Positions 1-9,432 of a stretch of 33,791 nt of DNA are shown piece after piece. The translations under genes and the position numbers were made by a program. The notes beneath the pieces were generated by a model that was not told where the DNA came from, searched no databases, and saw only the letters and a list, made by a program, of their open reading frames with translations. Position 1 is the stretch's first letter; each line of letters opens with the position of its first letter. The stretch lies in the NCBI GenBank assembly GCA_028286805.1, contig JAQBQW010000028.1, forward strand, positions 1 to 33,791, written 5' to 3'. Origin of the DNA: Parcubacteria group bacterium. Lineage in GTDB: Bacteria > Patescibacteriota > Minisyncoccia > Phycocordibacterales > Zambryskibacteraceae.

Positions 1-1586
1 GCCGCGTCTCGAGCTACCGCAAAGAGTTTGTGTGGTCCGTCTGGTACGCCAGTTAAAGCCCAGGTCGTGGTGGTTGAAGTAATATTGGTACCAACTTTTT
101 CAGTATTCAAAGCTCTTCCGTTAGACCAAAACTGAACACCGATTACACCTCCTCCAACATCCGAAGATGTTGCAGTAATATTTAATGAACTTCCTGTAAT
201 CGTCGCGCCATTGAGCGGTGAAGAAATTGATATCACCGGAGCTGTAATATCTTGAAGCACCATTGTGAACGTAATGGTGTAGTCACTTGTGTTCGCATTA
301 GACGTTCCATCTATACATCGAACGTAATAAGTGTGTGAACCAGCAGAAAGTCCGGTTAGATTTTGCGAATGAGATGTTCCTCCTGTCGTAGAAAATGTGT
401 TTGCAATTGAAGCGTACGAAGTGCTTGCAACGGTTCCATATTTACACGTCGCATTTTCGTCCGTGGTAACAGACAGTGTGGCATCCAATGGATTTGTGGT
501 AACCGTTCCTGTTGGAGAACCGTTTGAAAGGACAGGGGGCAGGATGTCCGTGGAAGTTGTGGTGCCATACACTGTGGAAGATTTTGCGGACTGATTCCCC
601 TGTTCGTCTGTGGCTGAAATCGCGTATCCATACACAGTGTTTCCTGTGAGCGTGGTATCTGAATATGAAAGAGTTCCCGCTGTCGAAGATCCCACTCCGG
701 TAGATGGCGTACAACTTACACCAGTACATCTAAAAATATTGTAGTAGCTTACCCACTCGTTATCAGTGGAAGACGCCCATGAAAGAGATGCTCGCGTTGG
801 AGTCGCCGGAACAACGGCAAAGGATGACGGAACAGATGGAGCAGTGACATCAACAACCGCAGAATAAAATGATGCGAAACTCGCACCCCATCCGGTTGCA
901 GTACTGAATGTCCATGTCGGCGAATATGATCCCGAAGTTGAAGATGCAACTTGATATGCAGCATTCAATGTTACTCCTCCGGTATTTGGCGGGGTCACCA
1001 AGGTATACCCGGATGGAAGAGCGTTTATCGTTCCCGCTTTTCTTACTGCACTAATCAAGAGAACTTGTTTTCCGGAGACCGGAGTAATGGTTCCCGGTGC
1101 AGGCGTTGTCGAGAAGCCGGAATTTTCAGCAACTGGTCCCATGATGGTTCCAGATATTTTTATACCACTCCATTCTTGAATTGCACCTCCTGGAACGGCT
1201 GCGCTGGAACCGGTGTGGTTTATAGTGGCAACAGTACCCGCTCCCGAACCAACAATTCCATACCAAATGTCGACGGCCGCTGTAGTACTTGAAACAACCG
1301 CTCTATTCCACACCACTCCTGTTTGAGAAATAGTTGAAACTCCAAATGCTGTGGTGTTAATTGCTTCTTCGAATGTAAGAACGTTTCCACTTACCGGTGT
1401 ACCAGAAAGAGTAATGGTGTACACGGGATCGTTTACAACCGCAAAACCGGTCGCCTGCTGAATGGGGGCTGTAGAAATTGCAGCGTCAGCATGTTGTATA
1501 AAAAAAAGAGAGGATGAAAAAAGGAAACAGATAACAATAAAAAAATTCCTGAATGAATTCTTAACGTCTAAGGAGCATATACTCAT
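1..1586 (-). CDS. Large secreted surface protein, 5' part only (>528 aa, runs off window): signal peptide, beta-rich head, FN3, Cys-pair repeat, Ig-like domain
   Basis: Not in the ORF track. Manual translation from ATG at 1586 (MSICSLDVKNSFRNFFIVICFLFSSSLFFIQHADAAISTAPIQQ...) stays open to base 1. It has a signal peptide with an ADA site and WASSTD..VSYYNIFRC..C, TDENATCKYGTV and LFAVARDA segments homologous to 15899-21418. Confidence 0.9.
   Translation of the reverse strand, partial: MSICSLDVKNSFRNFFIVICFLFSSSLFFIQHADAAISTAPIQQATGFAVVNDPVYTITLSGTPVSGNVLTFEEAINTTAFGVSTISQTGVVWNRAVVSSTTAAVDIWYGIVGSGAGTVATINHTGSSAAVPGGAIQEWSGIKISGTIMGPVAENSGFSTTPAPGTITPVSGKQVLLISAVRKAGTINALPSGYTLVTPPNTGGVTLNAAYQVASSTSGSYSPTWTFSTATGWGASFASFYSAVVDVTAPSVPSSFAVVPATPTRASLSWASSTDNEWVSYYNIFRCTGVSCTPSTGVGSSTAGTLSYSDTTLTGNTVYGYAISATDEQGNQSAKSSTVYGTTTSTDILPPVLSNGSPTGTVTTNPLDATLSVTTDENATCKYGTVASTSYASIANTFSTTGGTSHSQNLTGLSAGSHTYYVRCIDGTSNANTSDYTITFTMVLQDITAPVISISSPLNGATITGSSLNITATSSDVGGGVIGVQFWSNGRALNTEKVGTNITSTTTTWALTGVPDGPHKLFAVARDA
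265..548 (-). repeat. Copy of the ~95-aa module (D..PP...TDENATCKYGTV...HSQ.LTGL...YYVRC.D...DYTI.FT)
   Basis: Direct protein and DNA similarity to 19451-19735, 16970-17251 and 16373-16660. Confidence 0.9.
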
Positions 1587-1611
1587 AAAATTCTATGAGT
1601 ATATTGTACCA
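1577..1611 (-). promoter_or_regulatory. Extended -10 (TGgTACAAT) followed by a perfect 11-bp inverted repeat covering the predicted TSS and start codon
   Basis: ATATACTCATA (1577-1587) N6 TATGAGTATAT (1594-1604); minus-strand TGGTACAAT at 1611-1603. Confidence 0.55.
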
Positions 1612-1615
1612 AAAT

Positions 1616-3280
1616 TTATTGGCTAACTATATGTGAATTGAGGTATTCGCGAGTTCCTTTTCCGTCGATTGTAGGGACTTTTTTTCCTGGATTGAACATA
1701 TACGCAGGATCAAATATTTCTTTGGTTCTTTTAAATAAGTCGATTGCATCATTTGAATACATGAAATTCAAGTATGGAGTGCGTACAATACCGTCATTAT
1801 GCTCTGCAGTTATCGACCCTTTGTACTCAGCAACAAGTTTATATACCTCATTTTCAATAGTATTTATCAAGGTTTTAGTATCTTTATCCTGCATTTTCAT
1901 CAATGGGATAATATGGAAGTTTCCGTTGCCGGCATGACCTGCAATAGTGTAAACCAAGTTGTGGCGATCCAATATCTCTCTCATACGCGGCAGAAACTCC
2001 GGCATGTACTTTGGATCGACAATGACGTCATCTATGAAAGGAGCTGTTCGGCTCCCCTGCACGTGCTTTCTGAGCAAATTGAAGCTTTCCCTTCTAATGG
2101 TCCAATACTTGTCTGATTCCTCCTGGCTACGCGTTTCCCTCTCGATAAAGTTAAAGTGCGAAATTCTCTTTTTTAAATTTTGAATCTTATTTTCAATCTC
2201 CGCCATATCGTTGCCCGCATATTCCACCAACACAACAAGTTTAGGTAATCCCTTTTCGCGCATCATCATGAATGCTTCCGGAATAAAGGAGAAAATTAAT
2301 TTCATAAAATGTTTTGGTCTGAGCGACTTCAACATTTCCGGAAAAAATTTAAACGCAAGTTTCAATGTCGAATCATCGTATGTTTCTACGGAATCTGGAT
2401 TGGTGGGAAGAATTTCATTTACCAATTCTGCAAGTTTTGTCAGATCGGGCAAAAAGATAACGAAAAGTTTAGACATCTTTTCAACGGGAACGAGTCTCAG
2501 TTTCATTTCAGTTACCAAACCGAGAGTACCCTGTGAACCGACCAGAAGGCGGTTGAGGTCAAAGACCTCTTCCCCGGTTTGGGCAGGCTGCCAGAGGTTC
2601 CAGAGATAATATCCGGCTGAGTTCTTGGAGACCTTTGGACGGGCTTCTTCCACTACCCTTTTATTGGCCGATACGAGGTTGGCGATATCCTTGTATATCT
2701 TTCCTTCAAAATCTTTCTGTGCCATCTTCACCTCAAGCTCATTTCGAGAAAGGGGCTTCACGACATATTCTTTTCCGTCTGCAAAAATTACTTTTGATTC
2801 GAGAATGAAATTTTCCATCTTGCCGTATCTGAGCGTCTTCTCCCCTGCGCTGTTGTTGCCGAACATTCCACCTAATGCATTCAAGCTTTTGGATGCTGTA
2901 TAGCAGGGCAAGAGAAGATTCTTTTCCAAAGTCTTGGGTTCAAAGTCTCTATAAAATACGCCGGGAGACACCACTGTTCCGGATTCTTTAATTTCACCAA
3001 TCGTATTCATATGCTTCATGACGTCGACGATAATCGAGTCATTCAGAGAGCCGCCGGACATGCAGGAACCGGCTGCGCGGATAGTGATGGAGAGGGTCGG
3101 ATCGTTCTTCTTGTTTTCTTCCACCCACTTCACCAAATTCCGAATATCCTCCGAATCCTTCGGATATACCACCAGTTTTGGACGGACTTCAAAAAGGGAT
3201 GCATCTATTGAATACTTTTTCAATGTTGCCTCATCGTCTGCAACTTCACCCTTAAAAAATGTTTGGATGGCTTCCTTCAC
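1616..3280 (-). CDS. FAD-binding oxidoreductase, D-lactate dehydrogenase/GlcD-like (FAD_binding_4 + FAD-oxidase C)
   Basis: 554 aa, GTG start; RAAGSCMSG, GSQGTLG, GHAGNGNFH, ITAEHNDG and FDP..MFNPGK motifs. Confidence 0.88.
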   Translation of the reverse strand: MKEAIQTFFKGEVADDEATLKKYSIDASLFEVRPKLVVYPKDSEDIRNLVKWVEENKKNDPTLSITIRAAGSCMSGGSLNDSIIVDVMKHMNTIGEIKESGTVVSPGVFYRDFEPKTLEKNLLLPCYTASKSLNALGGMFGNNSAGEKTLRYGKMENFILESKVIFADGKEYVVKPLSRNELEVKMAQKDFEGKIYKDIANLVSANKRVVEEARPKVSKNSAGYYLWNLWQPAQTGEEVFDLNRLLVGSQGTLGLVTEMKLRLVPVEKMSKLFVIFLPDLTKLAELVNEILPTNPDSVETYDDSTLKLAFKFFPEMLKSLRPKHFMKLIFSFIPEAFMMMREKGLPKLVVLVEYAGNDMAEIENKIQNLKKRISHFNFIERETRSQEESDKYWTIRRESFNLLRKHVQGSRTAPFIDDVIVDPKYMPEFLPRMREILDRHNLVYTIAGHAGNGNFHIIPLMKMQDKDTKTLINTIENEVYKLVAEYKGSITAEHNDGIVRTPYLNFMYSNDAIDLFKRTKEIFDPAYMFNPGKKVPTIDGKGTREYLNSHIVSQ

Positions 3281-3282
3281 GG

Positions 3283-4134
3283 TTAGTTCATCTTATTAAA
3301 GACTTTTAATTTCTGAATGACCAGCTTCTTCATTTCCGCCACCCCTTCGGCCATAAACTTATAGGGAGCGAGTTCGTCCGAACTCATGCCTCTTTCGATT
3401 CCCTTTTTATACGCCTGGCGGAGTTCTGTGTTGATATGGACAATTCGAACTCCCGCATCTATCGCCGCCGAGACTTCTTCGTCCGTATTGCCGGAGGCTC
3501 CATGGAGCACCAAAGGAACGCTGACCGCCTTAGCAATTTCCTTGATTCTCTCGATATTGAGCTTTGGCTCTCCTGATTTGATGAGACCGTGGATGTTGCC
3601 CACTGAAGGAGCAAAGAGGTCTACGCATGTTTCTTTCACAAAGGTGACCGCATCTTCAGCAGTGGTCTGAGTTTCTTCGGATACTCCTTCGGGTATTTCA
3701 TCTCTGAGCATTGAACCTGTTCCGATAAATCCAAGTTCTCCTTCAACCAGCATGCCGGGAGATTTTTCTCTCGCGTACTGAACGACTTCTTTTGTCATCA
3801 TCACATTTTCAAAGAAAGGTTTTTCAGCGCCGTCGATAATAACAGAATCAAAGGTATTGTCGACCGCTTCTTTCGAAGCTTCAACAGAATAGGTGTGGTC
3901 CGCATTCAAAAAGACGGGAAGGCCTTTATCTTTCTCCGCCTGAACCAATACGCGTATTTCAGCAACTCCCAAAAAGCTTCTTTCTTTTTCCGAGACCCCG
4001 ATAATGACCGGAACACCGAGTTCCGTTGCTGCTTCCACCACTGCTTTTAATCCCTCTGAATCTGAAATATTAAAATGGCCGATAGCGACGTTCTTTTCTC
4101 CCGCCCAGTCTATGTATTCTTTAAGTGTTTTCAT
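3283..4134 (-). CDS. fba: Class II fructose-bisphosphate aldolase family protein
   Basis: GHFN, NADH, VEGELG, VGNIHG, PLVLHGASG and INTELR motifs. Start moved to MKTLKEY (4134) because the longer ORF overlaps pfkB and a -10 box lies 7 nt upstream. Confidence 0.9.
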   Translation of the reverse strand: MKTLKEYIDWAGEKNVAIGHFNISDSEGLKAVVEAATELGVPVIIGVSEKERSFLGVAEIRVLVQAEKDKGLPVFLNADHTYSVEASKEAVDNTFDSVIIDGAEKPFFENVMMTKEVVQYAREKSPGMLVEGELGFIGTGSMLRDEIPEGVSEETQTTAEDAVTFVKETCVDLFAPSVGNIHGLIKSGEPKLNIERIKEIAKAVSVPLVLHGASGNTDEEVSAAIDAGVRIVHINTELRQAYKKGIERGMSSDELAPYKFMAEGVAEMKKLVIQKLKVFNKMN

Positions 4135-4141
4135 ACCTTTC

Positions 4142-4174
4142 ATTCTAACACGCGGGAAAGAGTCGTGATAGAAT
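4142..4174. promoter_or_regulatory. Back-to-back extended -10 promoters (TGnTAGAAT on each strand), probably leaderless
   Basis: Plus TGATAGAAT 4166-4174, 6 nt before pfkB ATG; minus TGTTAGAAT 4150-4142, 7 nt before fba ATG. Confidence 0.7.
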
Positions 4175-4180
4175 ATCCAT

Positions 4181-5173
4181 ATGAATGAATTTGTGGCAAT
4201 TGGAGATACCGTCGTCGATGCTTTTATCAGACTCGGAGACAAAAGCCGCGCCCAAGTAACTGGGACCCCGGACAGCGCGGACTACCGGCTCTCCATTCCT
4301 TTTGCAGACAAGATACCCTACGAAGATGTGACCATCATTAATGGCGTCGGCAATGCCGCAAACGCAGCCGTATCCGCCTCCAGGCTCGGTCTCAAGACAG
4401 CCCTCATTACAAACCTCGGCAATGATCAATACGGTAAAGACTGCATTGAACATTTCAAAAAGAATGGGCTCGACACGCGTTTCGTCCAGATTCACGTTAA
4501 TAAAAAGACCTGCTATCATTTTGCTCTCTGGTATGGCGCCGAACGCACCATCCTCATCAAACACGAAGAATATCCATATACTCTTCCAGATGTCGGCTCT
4601 CCGAAATGGATATATTTCAGTTCTGTTAATCAGAAAGCCTTTCCGTATCACGAACATGTGGCTGAATTTATGGATAAACATCCTGAAATCAAGCTTACTT
4701 TCCAGCCGGGCAAAGGAGAGATTGCGATCGGCAAAGAAAAGCTTGCTCATTTGTATAGACGCGCGGACATAGTCTTCTGCAATGTTGAAGAAGCTGGGAA
4801 AATCCTCGGTATCGAGACGCTGGGTGTTCAGGAACTTTTGAAGCGCATGCATGCTCTCGGACCAAAAATGATGGTCATCACAGACGGACCCAAGGGAGCA
4901 TACGCATTCGACGGAACAGATATGTGGTTTGTACCACCCTATCCCGATTCCAAACCTCCCTTTGAACGTACTGGCGCGGGAGACGCATTTGCTTCAACAA
5001 CAGTGGCAGCTCTCGCTCTTGGCCACGATCTCCCTACCGCCCTTTCAATGGGAGCGACCAACTCAATGTCTGTTGTTCAATATGTTGGAGCCCAAGAAGG
5101 CCTCCTTTCTATGGACCAAATCAAAAAGCACCTCGCAGAGGCGCCTTCTGATTTCAAACCTCGTAAACTTTAG
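4181..5173 (+). CDS. PfkB/ribokinase-family carbohydrate kinase
   Basis: GNAANAAVSASRLG, G.D.YG, NVEE, ITDGPKGA and RTGAGDAF signature motifs. Confidence 0.92.
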   Translation: MNEFVAIGDTVVDAFIRLGDKSRAQVTGTPDSADYRLSIPFADKIPYEDVTIINGVGNAANAAVSASRLGLKTALITNLGNDQYGKDCIEHFKKNGLDTRFVQIHVNKKTCYHFALWYGAERTILIKHEEYPYTLPDVGSPKWIYFSSVNQKAFPYHEHVAEFMDKHPEIKLTFQPGKGEIAIGKEKLAHLYRRADIVFCNVEEAGKILGIETLGVQELLKRMHALGPKMMVITDGPKGAYAFDGTDMWFVPPYPDSKPPFERTGAGDAFASTTVAALALGHDLPTALSMGATNSMSVVQYVGAQEGLLSMDQIKKHLAEAPSDFKPRKL

Positions 5174-7506
5174 AAATTACCGAGCTGTTTTCTGATTGAA
5201 TCAATCAATGCTTGAATTGCAGTGAGCGTATTGGCTGAATTCGGAGCGACGGTGATCGTCACGCTTCCTGTCGAAGATCCTGCTGAGTTTGAACATGTCA
5301 CAGAATACGATGTGGTGGTCTGTGGCCATACAGCTGTAGTACCACTCGTATTCTGAAATGTTGGAAGAGCGCTCGAACATGTTCCTGCCACTGCACCAGT
5401 TGCAGACCAGGTGATGATTGACTGACCCCCAGGTGCAACAGTGAGCGGACTTGCGCTAATGGTCATCACAGGTTTTGTACCGGCTACTGTCGGAGCTACT
5501 GTAACCGTCACGCTGCCAGAGGAAGCGCCTCCTAATCCGTTACAATTTATAGTGTATGTTGTTGTCTGAGTTGGAGAAACCGGAACATTTCCGCTTGCTC
5601 CGTTGTAATTTGCATTGTAGAGACTTGGAATAGAACATGATGAAGCGTTTGTTGCATTCCACGATAGCCACGTAGTTCCACCTCCTGCTGGAAGAGACGC
5701 TGGGCTTGCAGTAAAGGTAACGGCGGGAGACGGATTAACAACAGCAGCCGCAGAAACATTTACGGTAGCGCTTGTTGGATTGCTAGATCCGGCAGTATTT
5801 GAACAGGTCATTGTATACGTGAATGCACCGGCAGCGGTAAATGCAGGAAGGCTTGTAACCGTACCTCCGGTTGTACCGTCAGAAGAAAGATTGGTTTTAC
5901 CCTGTCCTCCCCATCCAGGACCGTTACCGGTAGAAGAACAATATGTTGGTGAGTTTATGGCCTTCCATGTAAGGACGGGTCTATCGCCGACCTGTGCAGT
6001 CGTATTGTTAAGAGAAAGCGTAACAAGAGGAGAAACCGCTTGGGCTGTACACGAAGCCGATGCAGATGCGGAAGCGGAATTCGAGAAATTATACGTATCT
6101 ACTCCTCCAACCACAGGCATTACCTGGTAGGAATAACTTGCTCCGGGAGTAAGGTTTGTATCAGTCCATGAGGTATTTGTGGTTGAAGTGACTGGTCCTC
6201 CGTTTCTATATATTTTATATGTTGAGGCGCCGGAAACCGAGGTCCAAGACAGGTTCATGTTTCCTCCGCAGGCATAGTTAGTGCTGACGGTAAGGACTGG
6301 GTTTACAGGAGCTTGAGTGGCGGTAAGGATATTGACCGTCGAAGGCTGGCTTGTGCCGTACGCATTTTTACATGTAAGGGTAAACAATCCAGTGCCGTAT
6401 GTAGTCAGCGAACCCGAGGTGGTCGTGTCTCCATATTTATATGGCTGTTCTGAATTGAGGAGTAAACACGAGGTTGCATTTGTCGATGACCAGTTAAGAT
6501 TTGTTGGTTGACCGACATTTACAGTCGTTGGTGAAGCTGTAATTTTTGCTGTAGGAACTTGGTTTCCGGCTCCTGTACTATTTGAAGGATTATTTGAAAG
6601 AGACGTCCATGTTACAACCATCCCCTTTGTGTCGTCTTTGTAGGAAGAATTCCAGCACTGAACTCCAATGGAAGCGTAGCTTACGAGAGCACCGTATCCG
6701 TCTTTCTGTCCGGCAGTATTGAAGGTTCTGGTTCCGGAAGTAGGCAGGTTTCTATTATCCCAAGTCGTACCATCCGTGAAAGTCAGTTTGGTCTGGCCAT
6801 ATGTATTGCAGTATGAAGCATTTTTAGAATCCCAGCTGAATGTAACCGAACTTACATTTCCTAAATCCAACTGCGGCTGCATATAACCGGTGGATGAATT
6901 ACCGTTTACGCGGACATTCACAACCGGTGCCGATATAACTGATTGTGTATCAACAGGATTAATTGGAGTGATGGGAACTACCAGAACAGGCGGTTTAAGT
7001 TGGGTTGTACCATTACATCCATACAACTGATTCAATTTCATTCGAGTGCTGACTCCCACGAATCCGTTGCCAGACGTAAGTCCGTTTGGAGCCAAGATAT
7101 CACTCGCATATTTCTGTTGGAAGCTTCGAACTGCAGCTTCGGTAGAAACGCCGAATACTGCGCCTGCAGCTTTTTCATCAGTAGTTATTGTAAATCCTTC
7201 TCGCTCGAGTGCTTTCTGCAGATTCTCAATCATGCTTGATTGTGCGGAAGTTTGTCCGTCACCTATTTTCAAATTCTGGGTAAAGGTGTAGCAGAAACCA
7301 GTATTATTTGTAACCGTAGGAAATGTACCCGTTGGAACGTATGTGGGAGGTGTAGTTTGAGTTCCATTCTGAAGAGCTGAAATCTGCTGTAATAAAATAT
7401 TTACCTGTGCTTGGAGCTCATCGATAGTGGTAAGAGCTTTTGCTGAAGGAATGGAAACGAATAACAGGCCAAGGGAAAGCAACAAACCGGCAAATAATTT
7501 TTTCAT
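5170..7506 (-). CDS. Secreted surface protein: coiled coil, peptidoglycan-binding-like domain, tandem Cys-pair Ig/PKD-like repeats and FN3
   Basis: Signal peptide (AKA); IDELQAQVNILLQQISALQ; LQKAL...FGVSTEAAVRSFQQKY...GFVGVSTRMKLN; repeated L.W...NA.SC...Y...C units; Ser/Thr/Gly rich. Confidence 0.85.
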   Translation of the reverse strand: MKKLFAGLLLSLGLLFVSIPSAKALTTIDELQAQVNILLQQISALQNGTQTTPPTYVPTGTFPTVTNNTGFCYTFTQNLKIGDGQTSAQSSMIENLQKALEREGFTITTDEKAAGAVFGVSTEAAVRSFQQKYASDILAPNGLTSGNGFVGVSTRMKLNQLYGCNGTTQLKPPVLVVPITPINPVDTQSVISAPVVNVRVNGNSSTGYMQPQLDLGNVSSVTFSWDSKNASYCNTYGQTKLTFTDGTTWDNRNLPTSGTRTFNTAGQKDGYGALVSYASIGVQCWNSSYKDDTKGMVVTWTSLSNNPSNSTGAGNQVPTAKITASPTTVNVGQPTNLNWSSTNATSCLLLNSEQPYKYGDTTTSGSLTTYGTGLFTLTCKNAYGTSQPSTVNILTATQAPVNPVLTVSTNYACGGNMNLSWTSVSGASTYKIYRNGGPVTSTTNTSWTDTNLTPGASYSYQVMPVVGGVDTYNFSNSASASASASCTAQAVSPLVTLSLNNTTAQVGDRPVLTWKAINSPTYCSSTGNGPGWGGQGKTNLSSDGTTGGTVTSLPAFTAAGAFTYTMTCSNTAGSSNPTSATVNVSAAAVVNPSPAVTFTASPASLPAGGGTTWLSWNATNASSCSIPSLYNANYNGASGNVPVSPTQTTTYTINCNGLGGASSGSVTVTVAPTVAGTKPVMTISASPLTVAPGGQSIITWSATGAVAGTCSSALPTFQNTSGTTAVWPQTTTSYSVTCSNSAGSSTGSVTITVAPNSANTLTAIQALIDSIRKQLGNF

Positions 7507-7577
7507 GAAATAATGTTATGTATAACTACCCTTAATAGTAACAACCCCCCACGATTACACCACAAAAGCTATCCCCA

Positions 7578-8570
7578 CTATTTTGAGAGCTCTTTTACGG
7601 CCTTGACGATGTCTTTCTCCCCCAGTCCGTAAAATTCTATAATCTCTGCGGGAGTCCCAGACTGCCCAAATCGATCATTCACTCCAATAAAACGAATAGG
7701 AACGGGGAAGTTGGATGCGAGACATTCTGCTACGGCACTTCCCATTCCTCCGTGAATCTGATGCTCTTCAACTGTTACTATTTTTCCCGCTCTTTTAGCC
7801 AGAGTAATAACTGCTTCTGTATCTAAAGGTTTAATCGTTGAAAGATTCATTACTTCAACCAGAGTTCCCTCCTTCTCTAAAGTCTTTGCTGCAAGCAAAG
7901 CTTTATGAAGCAGCGCACCGGTTGCGATAATGCCTACTTGAGGAGTTTTGTTCACGCTCGGAGACCACATAATCTGCGCTTTTCCGATTTCAAACGGAGT
8001 GTCAGGGGTAGTCATAACGGGAGTTTTTTCTCTCGCGAGACGGAGGTAGACCGGAGTACTTGTTTTTGATATGGCAACGGTAGCCTTTTTTGCTTCTACC
8101 GCATCGCAGGGAGAAATAACCACCATGTTTGGCATGACGCGTGTAATTGCAATGTCTTCAATGGCCTGATGAGTTCCTCCGTCTGGTCCCACAGACACTC
8201 CAGCGTGGCTGCCGACAATTTTTACTGGGCGATCATTATAAGCAATGGTAGTTCGAATCTGTTCCCAGTTTCTTCCTGGAGAAAACATCGAGTATGAGGT
8301 GATGAAAGGAATCTTCCCCATGGCCGCCATACCGGATGCAACCGATGCCATGTTCTGTTCAGCCACACCCATTTCCACAAATCTGTTTGGAAACTTTTCC
8401 TTGAACTTATCCATCTGAGTGGATTCGGTTAAGTCTGCACACAAACCAACCACTTGGGGGTTTTCTTCGGCAGCCTGCACCAACCCTTCTCCGAAACCTT
8501 TTCGGATGGGAACTTGTTCGACATCTGCATCGAATAGTTTTTCGTTTAGTTTTAAAAGAGGGTTAATCAT
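7578..8570 (-). CDS. Transketolase, C-terminal subunit (pyrimidine-binding and C domains)
   Basis: ADL..ST, GVAEQNM, GPDGGTHQ, VEEH and GGMGSAV motifs. Start at MINPLL overlaps the stop of the N-subunit gene. Confidence 0.92.
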   Translation of the reverse strand: MINPLLKLNEKLFDADVEQVPIRKGFGEGLVQAAEENPQVVGLCADLTESTQMDKFKEKFPNRFVEMGVAEQNMASVASGMAAMGKIPFITSYSMFSPGRNWEQIRTTIAYNDRPVKIVGSHAGVSVGPDGGTHQAIEDIAITRVMPNMVVISPCDAVEAKKATVAISKTSTPVYLRLAREKTPVMTTPDTPFEIGKAQIMWSPSVNKTPQVGIIATGALLHKALLAAKTLEKEGTLVEVMNLSTIKPLDTEAVITLAKRAGKIVTVEEHQIHGGMGSAVAECLASNFPVPIRFIGVNDRFGQSGTPAEIIEFYGLGEKDIVKAVKELSK

Positions 8571-9429
8571 TATGGTGTCCCTGTATCTTACCTCCCAAAG
8601 AACGCAATTCCTTAATCGCCATTTCCGCTTCAACCGGAGTTGGGGGTTTGCCGTGCCAGCGATAATCCTGTTCGAATTCTTTCACTCCTTTGCCCGGAAT
8701 TGTATGGGCAATGATAACGGTTGGTTTCTCATAAATAGTTTTGGCCATTTCAAATGCATCTGCGATTTCTTCTATATTGTGTCCGTCTATTTCGATGACG
8801 TGCCAATTAAACGCCCTCCATTTATCCGAAAGCGGTTCAAGGGGCATGATGGTTTCGGTATAGCCGTCGATCTGAATATTGTTTCGGTCCACCACAGCCA
8901 CCAAGTTATGCAGTTTATTTTTCCCTCCGAGCATCACCGCTTCCCAGGTTTGCCCTTCCTCCTGTTCCCCGTCAGACATCATGCAGTAGATGCGTCTTTT
9001 GTGATCCTGCGCATCCATTGAATCTGCAATGGCCATACCCACCGCCTGGGAAAGTCCGGAACCGAGGGGACCGGAAGACGTTTCAAGCATTGGTAGAAAT
9101 TCCCTGTGCGGATGGCCTTGGAGTCGCGAGCCGAACTTTCTTAACGTTTTTAGTTCTTCCACGGGGAAATATCCCGAATGCGCCATGGTGGAATAAAGGA
9201 CGGGGCAGATATGTCCGTTGGACAAAACAAGCATGTCTCGTTCCGGCCACGTTGGTTCCGTAGGACGATGATTCAGCGTATGAAAATAAAGGGTGGAGAA
9301 TATATCAGACATGCCGAGAGGTCCGGCGGTGTGGCCGGATCCAGCAGCAACTAACATATCAATAATTGAAAGGCGAATATCATTCGCCTTTTCTTCGATC
9401 ATTGTTTTCTTTTCTTCAGTAAGGTGCAT
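8563..9429 (-). CDS. Transketolase, N-terminal TPP-binding subunit
   Basis: SGH, LSNGH, LQGHP, SGPLGSGL, SDGEQEEG..WE...N TPP motif and WHGK. Confidence 0.93.
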   Translation of the reverse strand: MHLTEEKKTMIEEKANDIRLSIIDMLVAAGSGHTAGPLGMSDIFSTLYFHTLNHRPTEPTWPERDMLVLSNGHICPVLYSTMAHSGYFPVEELKTLRKFGSRLQGHPHREFLPMLETSSGPLGSGLSQAVGMAIADSMDAQDHKRRIYCMMSDGEQEEGQTWEAVMLGGKNKLHNLVAVVDRNNIQIDGYTETIMPLEPLSDKWRAFNWHVIEIDGHNIEEIADAFEMAKTIYEKPTVIIAHTIPGKGVKEFEQDYRWHGKPPTPVEAEMAIKELRSLGGKIQGHHND

Positions 9430-9432
9430 TAT

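Noticed and set aside
356-1292. Five short ORFs listed in the track
   Set aside because: They are off-frame or antisense shadows of the open CDS 1586 to <1.
7578-9429. Split transketolase as a pseudogene
   Set aside because: Two-subunit transketolases are an established form; both halves are intact and translationally coupled.
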